NCBI GenBank assembly: GCA_045837725.1
Contig: JBEWZL010000151.1
Coordinates: 1-64,000 of the forward strand
Length of the DNA stretch: 64,000 nt
Direction of reading: 5' to 3'
Origin: Vermamoeba vermiformis
Taxonomy: Eukaryota
Below the pieces are notes generated by a model. That model was not told the DNA's origin. It saw only the letters and a program-made list of their open reading frames with translations, and searched no databases. A program made the position numbers and the translations under genes. Positions 37,688-50,630 of the stretch are shown piece after piece; position 1 is the stretch's first letter; each line of letters begins with the position of its first letter.

Positions 37688-39209
37688 CTACCACCCGAGC
37701 TCAGCAGCGCTCTTCATGCTCACGTTAATTTTTTCTATTTTTTCCAAAGCCTCAGCGGAGAAATTCGTCGCTGACACATCCAGCTGCTTCAAATTAGGCA
37801 ATTTCTCAGTTATATCCGCAAGGATTACGTCTGTTAAGAGTGGCAATCCAGCTAAACTTAGTCGCTCCAATTGTGTGCAACAAGAAATCGCGGTTCGTAC
37901 ATCCGCGTCCGTCAAGTGGCGACAACCTGAAATAACACTAAGATCAGCCTAAGTCACAAAATAATTATTCCTCGTCATATGGATTGCTGAAATAGCACTT
38001 AAGTGCCTTCAAAAGGTAAAACATGTTACGGGATGCTGTTCTATAAATTACCTGATAATTTTAGAGTCTTTAACTGGCTCAAATTCGTAAAATTGATTTC
38101 ATGCACGCTAATAAGATTGTTTAAATCTAATAGCTCGAGATTAGGACACTTCTCGTTGATCTCTCGAACCAAGTCTGACGAAATAGTAGCCAAGGTATCG
38201 ACGTTCAAGGACTTCAAATTAGCCCCGATCTTGTTGATAATAATTGCGATCATATTTGCTAAGGAAATTTAGGTAAGTACATCCGTTGTCAATTTCGTAC
38301 GAATCGTTCTGCGACTTACCAGGAGTTGCAGTCCATCCTAAATCGACGCTTTCAATAAGAGGACATCGTTGTAAGAAAATATGAATTACTTCTGATGGCA
38401 ATGCGGCGATCCAACCAAGATCAAGCACCTAGAATTCCAATTAGATCTGCTACTATTAGCTAATCTTCTATACGTACTTTAATATTAGGGCAATGTCGTG
38501 CGAATAGGCGGCACTTCTCTTTAAACAATTCCACCTCTTTTTCATCGCTCGAGTCGAAGGTCGATCCGCGTAACGAAAGTACGTGCCAGTTCTTGCAATT
38601 AATATCGCTTAATAAGGCCGATAACTCCTCTAAGCTCAATCTACTAAGCAAGTCTCCGAATTTGAAGGCAATTCCTTGAAGGTTAGGACAATGTTGCGCG
38701 ACGTAGCGAAGTCCTTTAATCGTGATCGAGTTGTTGGTTTTTGTCGTCAGGCCCAGGTACCGTAAATTCGGTAAATAATCAGCTATTTTCATGAGTCCTA
38801 TAATTTTGAGATTAGCAAACATTAAGGATAATTTAAAACTGAATTTATTTTTACCTTCATCCGAAACCTCGTACGCCTTGATGTCCAAATATTCTAACGG
38901 AGCGTCTCGTAATAAATCTATATATATATCGTTCGGTAGCTTAACTTGCAATAAATATTGGAACAGATCTGCGCGAGATTGAGGAGATAGAATTTGAACC
39001 ATCTTCTTGATCTCGTACATTTCCAGCACGCCTGTGATTTTTGCTAAGCATATATTGTATAATGAACTCTCCGCATATGGGCCGAATATTGGTCTTCGTT
39101 TTTTCGCATTGTAGCGAGTTCCAAACGCAGAAGTGGAGTGCCTGTTCGCGGTGGCTAATCTGTTGGTTGTTTTTTGTTTAATTTCTTTTAAAAATGCTGC
39201 GTTATTCAT
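37688..39209 (-). CDS. LRR protein (AMN1/Rad7-like cysteine-containing repeats) with a possible BC-box
   Basis: SLYNICLAKI; CPNLQGI, CPNIKV, CPLIESVDLG, CPNLELLDL, CTQLERLSL. Confidence 0.75.
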
Positions 39210-39467
39210 TTGTGGTATTTTGGTGGTCTGTGTTAATTATTAGTGGGCGGCAATTTTTTATTTGACCAGAACGAGCTCGCGGCCGAGATTTGGATCATTT
39301 CTACGAAATTCAAATAATATTGTTAACTCTCTGGCGGCTGATAATAGGACTACTGTATCATTGCACATAAATAGCACGATTTGATAATTGTTTACTTGTG
39401 TGGCGTCGTGTAACGGTAACTAATAAATAATCTTTTATCTTTTTATCGTCTGATTGTCAACAACACA

Positions 39468-41252
39468 ATGTCGTGGAGCATCGAATTAGAGCCCAAAAAA
39501 CTGTACTCACAGACTCCTGGCACACCAGTAATGGTTACTAACGTAAGTATCGATTTGAACTATTTTCAGATCGTGATCGATCAAGATATTTTTAACCATT
39601 AATTTATAACCTGTATTTCACCGATTAAATATAGCACCTTATCATTTTGAACCTCTATTTTAACCATTAAATTATTTTTAAAATTATCTGTGCGATTTTA
39701 CGATCTCGATCGAGAAATTAATTAACGTTCCACTTTTAGATTGCGTTGGTTAACCCTGTTGGTGCCAAACAACATATTATTAAGATCATTGTTGACGGCC
39801 AATCCTTCAATGTCTGCATTTTGAACGAGAGAACTCCTGCAATGAGGTACGCCCATTTTTTTTCACGTGCGATACGTCATTAACTTAGTTAATATCAAAA
39901 TCATCATTGTTGATTGTATTAATAATATTTATTTATTTATTATCAGTGTTAAAGTCCTTTTGGAGGCAGACAAAGAAGTCACTTTCTTTCATGAAGGCAC
40001 GAGCAAAGTCCACATTCTTGGCACGAAGCAACAGTATTTGTGCTTTGCAGGCAGTGACAGTGAAGTAGAATCAGTCGATTTATCGTCCAATGATGAAGAC
40101 CTTGAAGGCCTGGATCGAGATCTCTATTATATGGGCGGCTCTGACGAAGAAGATGAGGAAGAAAGTGATGACGAGGAAAATAACCTTAACGACGATGAAA
40201 TCAATGCCATTATTAAGGGCGAGTTGAAGAAGCGTAAGAGAGTCATGGAGAAGAGTAAAATCGTTCCTGGTCAACAAGATGCAGATTTGGATTCAGATTC
40301 TGAGCCACCAGCCAAGAAACAAAAGACAAATAATACCAACGGCAATAATACCGCTAATAAGACAGTCGCACAGGCCCCTCAAACACCTACGAACAAAAAT
40401 AACGACAAAAAAGCTACTCAACAAAACACTCCAAAAACGGCCGAGAAAAATCAACAAAAGAACGGTGCTGAAAATAAGAGCAATACTAACACACCAAAAT
40501 CGGCAAACGAAAAGAAGCCTGCAACACCACAACAGAACCAAAAGAACGTTTCTGCCAATAATACACCGAAAACTAACGAAAAGAAAAAAAATCCCGAGCA
40601 ATCACCAGCAGCTAAAAATAGCAACGGAGACAATAAGACGCCGTCTAAACAAGCTGTTACTGAGTCACCTAAACCATCTGCTAAGCCATCGGAGATTATT
40701 CCGGAGTTGGCCAAGATCTCGCGGCCCGTGATCTCGAAGAAGAGAAAAAATGACTTTTTGATCGATGAATTGAAAGTTGGCGACGGAAAACCACCCAAAT
40801 TAGGTCAAATTGTGCGTAGAGACAAGTAACTCTTCCTTACAATAGCTTTAAAAAGAAATTAAATGACAGTTCAAGCGCTCAAAATTTCTACGGATCCATA
40901 GTCATACCTGATCAATGATTTTATGTATTTTTACTATGATCATATTGTACATTATTAGCTAACTTAATTTTGTTTTCAGGTTAAACTCGATTACGTGGTC
41001 TCAACAGTGAACGGCGACGTTGTTCTCGGAAAACAAAACGAAGAAGTGCGCTTAGGCTTCATGAATACATTCAGAGCTCTAGAAATGGGCGCTGAAGGCA
41101 TGTTCGAGGGCGGCATTAGACGCATCTACGTTCCGAAACGTGAGGGTGACGACATCCGCTCGAAATGTGGCGCGAATTCAGTTGACGAGACTTTGAAGGG
41201 ACTTATTGACGATCAAGTAGCCTTTATTATCGACGTTAAGTTAAAAAAGTAA
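39468..41252 (+). CDS. Nucleoplasmin-like + FKBP histone chaperone (Fpr3/FKBP39-type)
   Basis: N-terminal NPL beta domain (VTFFHEGTSKVHILG), acidic tract, K/N/T/P-rich linker, divergent FKBP (IDELKVGDG..PKLGQ; GMFEGGIRRIYVP). Confidence 0.82.
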
Positions 41253-41492
41253 GCGATGCGTAATAATAAAAACTAATTAAATTCTTGGCCTTTGAACTTT
41301 CTCGACGCGTCGAGGAATTGAGAGTACATTCTGACTAGTCTATTTCGTTAAATAAGGGAACAATAGATCGGCAAAATTCAAACAGAGGTTGTTCTACCTA
41401 GGTCACGTGCGTTTGTACTGATCTAAAAGAGAAATTTTGCCTCGTTCGTATAAATAATAACGATTATTTTTTAGCATTGAGCGCAACTAAAG

Positions 41493-43183
41493 ATGGATAG
41501 CAAGCCCTCACCAAACTTCGATCCTTGGATCACTTTGAACGTTGGCGGAGAAATCTTTCGCACGAGAAAGTCGACTTTGACCAGTAAGTCTTTATTATCG
41601 ATTAATCGTTTAGATCCAATTTATTTTAATTTTAATTAATTTTGCACCAATTATTATTTTATCGACGATCAAATAATACGAGCATTTCGAATTTCTAAGC
41701 CAATTTTTTTTTTGAATTTAATTTTGTGATAAAGACTGTAAATTTCGACTTCGATCTGTATTGAGACTTGATATAGGCTCTATCACTCCTAATATGTTTA
41801 CTGGAATGTTCGGTGGTCAATTTATGGCGGAACCTGACTCCAACGGCCAGTACAGCTTCGATCGAGATCCAAAACACTTCAGAAAGATCTTGAACTTCTT
41901 TAGAACCGGACAAATAGTCATGCCTAATGAAAACGATCGCGAGAAGGCTTTGGAAATGCTCTTGGAAGCTCAATACTTCTCCGTTGAACCGATGGTCCAA
42001 AAGGTACGAATCCAGAATTCCGTTACAAATACCAATTTTTTTACCAAAGCAGTTCAATATTCAAATAATAGTCAAGATATATTTTTAGCTCATCAAGCAA
42101 TTTTATTTTTAGTCTTGGTTGGATGTAGCAGATTCGAAATTTATTTTCTATTTTTAGCTTACTGAATTTTTGGGCGTGGCACTTCCCACGGGAGATCGCT
42201 ACTTGAGATTGTTCGGTACCGGCGGAATTCCGTTCCCCGATTTGGAATGGCGCGGAGGACCAGTGACGGTGGAGTACTGGCACAGATGCACCAAGGACTT
42301 TGTTCAAGCCACGCTGTTCATGTTCAACGAGTTTATTCACGATGAGGGCACTGATGCGGCCTATCATCAACATCGATTTTTGAATCACACGCCGTGGCCT
42401 GATGCTAACACGTACTTTGATTACGGTACGTAAAACTCAATGTCGGTGATATTGGTTTAAATTATTTAACTTTATGAATATACAATAATTGCTTTAATAA
42501 CATCAGGAAATAGTATAATATGCTTTTTATATATTGAGTACTTTAAGGCAAAGTGTAATTAGTCATCCGCGGCAAAATTTTTCACAGCCGAAACTTCTAT
42601 GCTTTTTTAACTCGTGACAAATTATTATTTTAATGTAATTAAAAAAATAATTGAATTTTATTGGCAAATTATTGCAATACAACTGTACTAAATTTTTCGA
42701 TCGGCGGCCTTAGATCTGACGGATCTCACGTTTGCTGACAGGATATTTTGTTTACTAGGTGGTGTTAATACCGACTGGTCTAATGACGGTCGTATTCATT
42801 TGCAAAAAGAGCCCAGTTTTTACAAGAAATGGATCCACGTTGCATTTGTGAGTGAGGGATCTACAGGCTCAAAAGCTCGTATTTACTTCAACGGACATTG
42901 CGCTATTGAACAAGATCGATCGGATGAGTCCTCGCCCTGCAAGAATTTTGTCTTGGGTGGCACGCATTTGGGAGATCTGGCTCATTTCCGCATCTGGAAG
43001 AGAGCGAGATCGCAAGACGAGATCCAAGAGTCTATGAAATCAAAACTGACTGGCAATGAAGATGATCTATATTTCTACTTGCCTTTAGACGATCAAACAC
43101 CTGGTCGTATTACTGACTTGGTCGCTGGCAGATCTGCAACCTTCGATCCTTCTGTCGCAAAATTTGCGTCAGATCTGGAATAA
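41493..43183 (+). CDS. KCTD-type BTB/POZ + LamG (concanavalin A-like) protein
   Basis: ITLNVGGEIFRTRKSTLT, FDRDPKHFRKILNFFRTG, EAQYF; WIHVAFV..IYFNG..GDLAHFRIWKRARSQDEI. Confidence 0.85.
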
Positions 43184-43889
43184 TAATAGTAACGTACTTA
43201 TGTAATTTATATCGCAAGATACAATACAGCATCTCTATTGATACTCTTACAATAACATCCTTCTACTTAAAATTGATGATCAGCTTGAAGTATGATAACT
43301 AATACGTGCTCATAGCATATTCAGGATGTTGTTAATCGTATCACGAAAGATTTCTACCAAATATAGTGGCTTAATTATTTACTGTCTCGATCAAGATGCC
43401 GCATTGCAAAGTCTAAAAATATTATTAAAATTATTATTTAATCGTTAAGAAGTTAATGCATTACACTGTATCTCGTAAGTCGCTACGTCCAATTAGTGCA
43501 AAAACCATCTGCCGCTATGACGAGATCCGTACGGATCTTGGATTGATCGAACTTTTTGTGTACGTTTGGTACAAATAAGTTTAAATTGTAACCGCATTCC
43601 CTACGGAATCAGCTCCTAACAGAACATCGAATAGCTTAGCTGTCCGGTCCATCTATTTTTATCTGACCAATAGGATCGCTCGAAAAGCCGAAATTCGCCG
43701 AAATAAGTCGCCGTGTTGGGAAACAAGAATTCTCGTTTCCTATTGGTCCAGTATATATCTTCCGCGTAAGCTAAATATCTTTAACGTGGACAATTGTCCC
43801 ACAAGAAAAATTTTGTACCCGATCAATAAAACGGCTAACTTTCGCTGAGCCTGGTTCTTCCACTTTACATCGAACACACCAACACCAAT

Positions 43890-44450
43890 ATGTCTGATTT
43901 ACCATTGACTCTCCGCAAGAACTTGAAGGATCACGAACCCAAGCGTGACGCTCACTTGAAGAACATCGAGGCTACCACTGGTAAGTATCATCCATTCATC
44001 TGACCGCTCTAACAAAGCAACGAAAAGGCATTGTGTTCACCATCGAAGTTGCCAACATCAAGGAGGTCAACGATAGCCCCGTCCTTGAGAAGGGTCGTCA
44101 AAACTCCCTCGGAGATCTGCTCTACAACGCTCTTCCTAATGCCGTCAACGAGCTCTTCAAGAACACTATCAAGGGCGATTCCATGGTGAAGGAAGGTTTG
44201 CAAGAGAAGATGACCGCCAAGAAACTCATCTTCAAGGGAGTTTTTGAGGACATCGCCCCCGTTAAGGGCTCAGCCACCAAATTCCACAAGTATGACGGCC
44301 GTCTATGTAGTGATTCTCGAACTTTTCTCTAATTTTTTTCTGGGTAGGATTGCTATTGAAGACGGAGCCTTAGTTTTCTACTTCAACGTTAAAGCCCCCG
44401 GCGCGAACATGGCTGATGCGACTCAATTCAAGTTGATCGATATGCTTTAA
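43890..44450 (+). CDS. Small hypothetical protein (2 introns) with strong codon bias
   Basis: MSDLPLTLRKNLKDHE...IAIEDGALVFYF; introns 43981-44027 and ~44290-44348. Confidence 0.75.
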
Positions 44451-44786
44451 TCTGATCATGGACAACCCATCCTACGACAGTAGTAATTTTAAATCCTTTT
44501 AAAGAAGTCTGCTTATGATCAATAAAGTCAAATTTGTTACAAATCGCGTAAATGAATTAGCGTTTGTTAATCAACTCGCGAGAAAATTTTCTGTCTACTA
44601 GTAATCCGATTATCGCGAAATCAACCACAACTACACATACGTAGAGAATATAATACCTACGTATTTGTGAATACTTCTGCCAGTCGGCAGCTTTTCATTT
44701 CGGATTAAGGTATTTCGAGCACTCTATAAATAAGTATTACAGTAAATATTACAAAAATTATATTAATACATTATAAAAATATCCAG

Positions 44787-46397
44787 ATGTCTTTGAATGA
44801 TTTTCCAGAGGAGCTGATCGAGTTAACCCTGTCGTTCATAAAATCGCATAAAAAAAGACGAATAGCACGGGCAGTATGCAAAAAATGGCTGCAATATTCT
44901 GGCATAGTGTATTTTGATATTGATATGCCATTACGACACGAAATTCAATCGATCAGAGAAACTTTTAGCAGATGCGCTCAATTATTCAGCTTAAAAATTC
45001 GCAAAGCGGACAAATTTAAATACGAAGATTATAATGAGCTATTTTACAACTTAACGCATATGATTTCTCTGGAAATCTCGCTCCTTCAAAAACCTTGGAT
45101 CGCCGCGAATGAATCTGGCATGATTAAGCTCGACCAACTCACCAACCTACAGCGCCTAGTAGTACCAGATATTAATGTCAGCATTGGATCAGTAATATTA
45201 CCATATTTGACGCATTTAGAAGTTTCAAACGTGATATTTACGAATCCAAACAGTTTGCCGAATCTAGAATATTTTTCTCTTAACCACAATGAAGCTGATA
45301 GTACAGTATATCCAACAATACCAAAATTGTCAGAATTTAGATATAAAAGCAATCAAATTGGTGATCATGACTTTGTACAAAATCTTCGAGCCCTGCATCT
45401 ACCGAGGATCAAGCAATTCAAAGACATTCCATTTCAAAACTTAGAAGACCTTCGAGTAGAAGATATCAGTGATATTGAAAGATGCGAAAAGTTGACTAAA
45501 TTGGCGGTTGCTGAATTACGAACTGGAAGTCCGATCCAGTCAGCAACGAATCTGCGAGATTTGACTTTGGGATCCGCCACTCGTTTCCCGGAAAATTCAT
45601 TATCATTCTTGGAGAATATGAAGCAGTTGAATTCTTTTCGATGGCTCACTTACAATCCAGACACTAGCCGCAACGGAGAATTTTTGAACTATCTAAATCC
45701 AGACACTTTGACACGCTTGACTTTTGAAATTTGCGCCAACGAAGTTCATAATAGAATAACGCTATTCACCAACTTACAGCGTTTAAACATTTGCACGGAA
45801 TACGAGCCAGATCTAGAAAGTTTATCAAATTTATCAAAGCTGACGAAACTAGTTGTATCAGCGGATTATTGTCGCGTCAATATGCACTGGGTTACTAGTT
45901 TAACCTCATTACAGCATTTAGAGTTGACTTATACTGACGAAGACGAACAACTGGATCTCAACAATTTGACGAATCTGACCTCGTTACAGATCGACCCAGA
46001 GAATTCTATTCGGCCTTTGCCTAATTTAACCAAATTGCGAAATCTACATATAGAAGCAGCGCAAGGCTATACATTCTTATCAAATCTGACAAAGCTGACT
46101 TCCTTGCATATATCGCACAGTACCATCGCACCGATCGATCAGGTGACCAAATTGCGAAAACTCCGCAAATTAACGTTAAATCTCTCATCGAACGAACAAC
46201 TCGCGGCATTGACAGCTCTGCAAAAGCTCACAGAGCTCTTCGTGTGGAACAGATCTAAAGTTGTTCAACCTGACACTTTGACACTTTTGACACGTTTGCA
46301 GACTGTTGGAATGTCCATGCAAAGTGCACAGCACTGGTCTCCAAAACATTCACCGGACATTGCCCAAAAACTTCCGTATGCTGTTTGGTTTGCTTAG
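44787..46397 (+). CDS. Intronless F-box/LRR protein
   Basis: LNDFPEELIELTLSF..ARAVCKKW, followed by many LTxLxxL repeats. Confidence 0.85.
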   Translation: MSLNDFPEELIELTLSFIKSHKKRRIARAVCKKWLQYSGIVYFDIDMPLRHEIQSIRETFSRCAQLFSLKIRKADKFKYEDYNELFYNLTHMISLEISLLQKPWIAANESGMIKLDQLTNLQRLVVPDINVSIGSVILPYLTHLEVSNVIFTNPNSLPNLEYFSLNHNEADSTVYPTIPKLSEFRYKSNQIGDHDFVQNLRALHLPRIKQFKDIPFQNLEDLRVEDISDIERCEKLTKLAVAELRTGSPIQSATNLRDLTLGSATRFPENSLSFLENMKQLNSFRWLTYNPDTSRNGEFLNYLNPDTLTRLTFEICANEVHNRITLFTNLQRLNICTEYEPDLESLSNLSKLTKLVVSADYCRVNMHWVTSLTSLQHLELTYTDEDEQLDLNNLTNLTSLQIDPENSIRPLPNLTKLRNLHIEAAQGYTFLSNLTKLTSLHISHSTIAPIDQVTKLRKLRKLTLNLSSNEQLAALTALQKLTELFVWNRSKVVQPDTLTLLTRLQTVGMSMQSAQHWSPKHSPDIAQKLPYAVWFA

Positions 46398-46692
46398 ATC
46401 GCGCCAAAAACTGATGTACGGTACGAATTAAACTCTAGTCATTTATTAATGCTGTACTAACTCTTGGCCAAAGGTACGCGTAAAGATGGGTATTTTTATT
46501 TGGAAATAGTTTCTATTAGCGATGATAATACTTTCAAATGTTGATTTATTGTTGGGCAGATAAATTTTCCAATGAAATATCTAGAACAATCGATGAAACT
46601 CCTTAACTCCGGATGTCACGTGGCCGATTCATTTTCGTGAATAAAAGCAAAAGTTTTGAGACTTTTGTATTCATTTTATAATCACGCCTCTT

Positions 46693-47296
46693 ATGATAAG
46701 AACATTTGTAAGAAGACTACATCAAATGAGCACATCTACTTCCGCCACTCTGTCGCACAAATTTTGGACGAGCCCCAAATCCTGCGAGGAGACAGCCAAG
46801 GCCCTCCAAGAGTCCTCTATCAAGCATAAATTTGGAGTACTTACTACCTTCGATTTGAAGGCTAAAATGCACGAGAAAGGAGTTCCTTTCGATCAGGATT
46901 GCAGGATCATCGAAGTGTGCAACCCGAGCCAGGCAGCGAAAGTGCTGAAAGAAAATATGAACGTGAGCTTAGCCTTGCCATGCAGAATTTCCGTAAGTAA
47001 TACAAATGGTACTAAGTTTTTCTTTTCGATCACCTCCATCCCAAAAAAATTTCTTTGTAGTACGGCCTTTTTAAGCTAATTACTGAATCTTCGATTGCCT
47101 ATATCGCTAATCAAATTAATTTTAACAGGTTTACTCGGATAAAGGCACTACTAAAGTCGGATTTACCCTGCCATCTACAATTTTGCCGCAGTACATGGGC
47201 GACAAAGCATCGCCCGAGCTTGTCTCCGTAGCTGACGAAGTCGATCAATCCCTTGTTGCTATCGTCGAAGATGCATTGAAAGGAATTCAAAGCTAA
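46693..47296 (+). CDS. DUF302-family protein with a short mitochondrial-like presequence
   Basis: KFGVLTTFDL..IIEVCNPSQAAKVL....SLALPCRISVY; one intron (46993-47128). Confidence 0.8.
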
Positions 47297-47369
47297 TTAA
47301 AACGAGATCTCGCGAGTAGAATCGTTTGTTAATAATTCTGAAATCTGTTTATACATAAACCTCTTATTC

Positions 47370-50300
47370 TTATTTTTTGCTCCAATCAGCTTTGATCATG
47401 TCCGAAAGTTTTTCCGCCATTGCAAAAGTCAAGTAGACCGTGTTAGCATCGACTGAAAAAAAAATTGGTTAGATCCGGATTTGTTTCCAAATTTGGTAAA
47501 AGGCGTACTTTGTGTAGCGAAGGCTGATGCATCGACCACGCGAACATTTGCAGTTCCTCGAACAACTAACTCGCTGTCAGTACAATCACCAACACGACAA
47601 GTACCAGTTGGATGCCATCCGACTCCGAGATCTTTTTCAATGTACTCGTCGAGATCTTGACCTGCCGCGGGAGATACAATGCCGAGATTGTATTTTTGAC
47701 CGAATGGCGTGTTTGTGATGAGATCGATCATCTTGGTCAAAAGTTTTTTCATGACAGCGCGATCGGTGTCACTCAACTTAGTGACATTATAATCAATAAG
47801 AGGCCTATAAGATATATTACTATAATACATATTAATTATGAGAATATTACTTGTGGAAAATGCTGGGTGAAGTTATCGTCACGGATCCTTCTCTGGCTTC
47901 AGGGAACAAATTGACGAGCAAAAATGAAGCACCGGGAATACCCGAGAATATACTCGATGGATTTCCCATAATAGGTTGAATGTCATATAGTGCGTATTGA
48001 CCTTCCCAGAGATAAATTTGCATGTCTGTAATGCCTGGCGCGTTGAAACCGGATGCCAAGTGCGCACTCACTCTGCGAGCCAAAAATATTAGGACTATAA
48101 TGTCTTTATATATTATATCTATGTAACTTACGGATAAGCTCCGTTGACGAGTTCAAGGGTTGGATTTGTTTGGCCAAATTTGTCAAAGTCAGCTCTGGAC
48201 GTGAACGGGAATCGAACGGATGTGTTGAACAAAAGTCGAGCTGAAAAATGCTCCCATAAGTGCTTGCCTAGATATATTGATGTTACTAACAGTCTATAGA
48301 TAATGAAGTATTATAATACTTACCGACATGAGGGTTGTGAGCCACGACTTTAATTCCGAGCGGATCCAAATCATTTTTGTCGCCAACGCCACTGACTTGA
48401 AGCAACTGAGGAGTTCCGAATGCACCACCAGCAATAATAACTTCCTAAAACAAAAATAGTTAGACATTGTTAAATTCAAAGAAAAGTTGTCAAGCTTTCG
48501 AATCTGGAAGATCAGCTGAATTAAAAAAAAGAGAAAGTGATTGCGTAGCGCGCAACCTGAGGCAAAGATTACCAGACCTGCAACGCAGGCCCAGTAACCT
48601 TAAATCCGAAGTATTATTGAATTGTTTGCAAGGCATACAAGCTCAACGGTGGCGGTTTCTTCTTGAAAAACGACGACTGTTAAAACGATGAAGCGCGGAT
48701 ACAGAGCACCTTCTCGATTGATTATAGGCGCAAATGAACTTTGAATTGTCAACCGACAATGTTCTCACGAAAAATTATGGTTCCCTATCTATTTTAGCCC
48801 TGACAAAACAACCCACAAAATGTATGCGAGATTGATCGAGATTTCGTGCATGTCGCTGGTTTGTGGCCACAAAAAAAAGGCAAAAAATAAAAAGGATTGT
48901 AGGCCCGGGTGCGAGTTCCACGCACATCCACTCGAATTGTAATTTGTTCCCTTAGTTGAAATCACCGAAGTGACAGACGAGGGGGCTATTATTGCCCAAC
49001 GCAGGCCTACATCCAATACAGGGGCAAGCAATTGCTTATTTTCTTGTATTTAGGTCAGAACGATTTTTGTTTTGGTTTTTGTGGTTGAACCCATCCACAA
49101 ATTGGAAAATTCAGAATCGCGGAAATGTACGGTGATCGTTGATTAAAATTTCGTGCGCCATCATAATACGTAAAAGTTAACATGGTAATGTGACATACCT
49201 TATTTGCATAGGCAGTGACGACGCGATTGGTAGTCAGATCGAAGTACTCGACGCCCTTAGCAACGTTGAACGATGATTTAGAATCAAATATAATTCTAAG
49301 AACGGGGCACCCAGGTTTCAAGAACAGATTGGGCCGTTGTTGGACAGCAGGTGTCAAATAGGCACTTTCGGAACTGACACGTGTCTGAGGTGACAATCGG
49401 TCAGTTCGATTCTGTCTGTAACGGAATTTCTGCCACAACGCAACTCCACTTCGTCTAGTAGCCGGCAAGTAGATTAATTCGCGCCAAGTTTTTGAAATTT
49501 CAAGTCACGTGTACGTACTGTGTAGGGTCGCCATTCTGGTCCGGCGAATAACCTCCGAAGAAACTGTCGTTGACGAGAGTGTTCAAATAATCAAATGTAA
49601 AATCTTCGAAGGCTTCAACAACGGGTCCGTTGATTTGTACTGGGCCACCCCTGATTCATGAACGAATTTAGAATCGAAATTTCATTAGAATCTTAGTGCG
49701 TACTTTCCGTGCCAAGCGCGGCATTGAGCAGGAGTAATTCCAGTGATATTAGGACTGTCGTAATAACAATAATGGTCTTCCATCTTCTTGAAGTAAGGAA
49801 GCAGATCCGCGTACTGCCAGCCTTGCGGCCATTGATTCAAAATTGAAGGACTTGGTCTTCGTGCTGATGCTCCGTAGATTTGAGACGTTCCTAATATAGC
49901 CATAATTATATTATGCTTATTAAGGTAGTACATGAATTAATTACCTCCTAATCCTTCGTAGCGAGGAGAATACACCATCCGATTATTCATGCCAGGCTGG
50001 GGAACGCTTAAATAACCTGGATCATGCGTGCTAACGAAATTAAAATTCTTCGGCAAGAAATTAAAGCCCGGAGCAAAGGGTTGTGGCGCTTTAGGGCCTA
50101 CAATCAAAAAGTTAATTTGACAGATCCTTGATCGAGGATAGGTATACTTTTACAAACCTTTGTCTAATGCTAAAACGGTCCATGAAGGATTTTCTGATAA
50201 TCTTGAGGCTACAGCGCCTCCTGCAGTGCCGACACCTGTAAAAATCTTTTAGATCCACACCGCGGTTTTATTTTTCGGTTTATTGCTTTATAATATTTTT

Positions 50301-50481
50301 AAATAATTGTTATGTATATATATAATTTAGCTAAAATTATATATATAAATTTAGCTGTTTAAAATATTTCCTTACCACAAACAATAAAATCATAACTGGC
50401 TGGTTCTGCGCGGTCTTTATTCGAACTAGCATTGCTTAGAGCAACAAAAAGTATGCAAACAACGAGCACTATTGTTTTCAT
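47370..50481 (-). CDS. Secreted GMC (glucose-methanol-choline) oxidoreductase
   Basis: Signal peptide; YDFIVCGVGTAGGAVASRLSE; AGGAFGTPQLLQVSGVG; VGKHLWEH; WHPTGTCRVG; VRVVDAS. Confidence 0.9.
48894..49014 (-). ncRNA. Candidate 121-nt structured RNA inside a GMC intron
   Basis: 13-bp terminal stem with one bulge, several internal hairpins including a cUUCGg loop, and a T-run right after the 3' end. Confidence 0.55.
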
Positions 50482-50630
50482 TATGCTCGGGATATAAATA
50501 TCTAAACAGAACGAAAAAAGAATTTTCTAAAAGAAGAAAGATCCGGTGACATTTCTTACTCGGAAGAAATGTTTATTTTACATATCTGACCGCTTTATAT
50601 ATGTACATGTGTTATTATTAGCAGTCTTTC

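Noticed and set aside
40279-40798. Alternative-frame and antisense ORFs in the FKBP linker
   Set aside because: By-products of low-complexity coding sequence.
48889-49070. Plus-strand AAAAAGGAT read as the 5' end of U11 snRNA
   Set aside because: Wobble pairs and the UUCG loop favour the minus strand, and no correctly placed Sm site or U11 stem-loop motifs are present.
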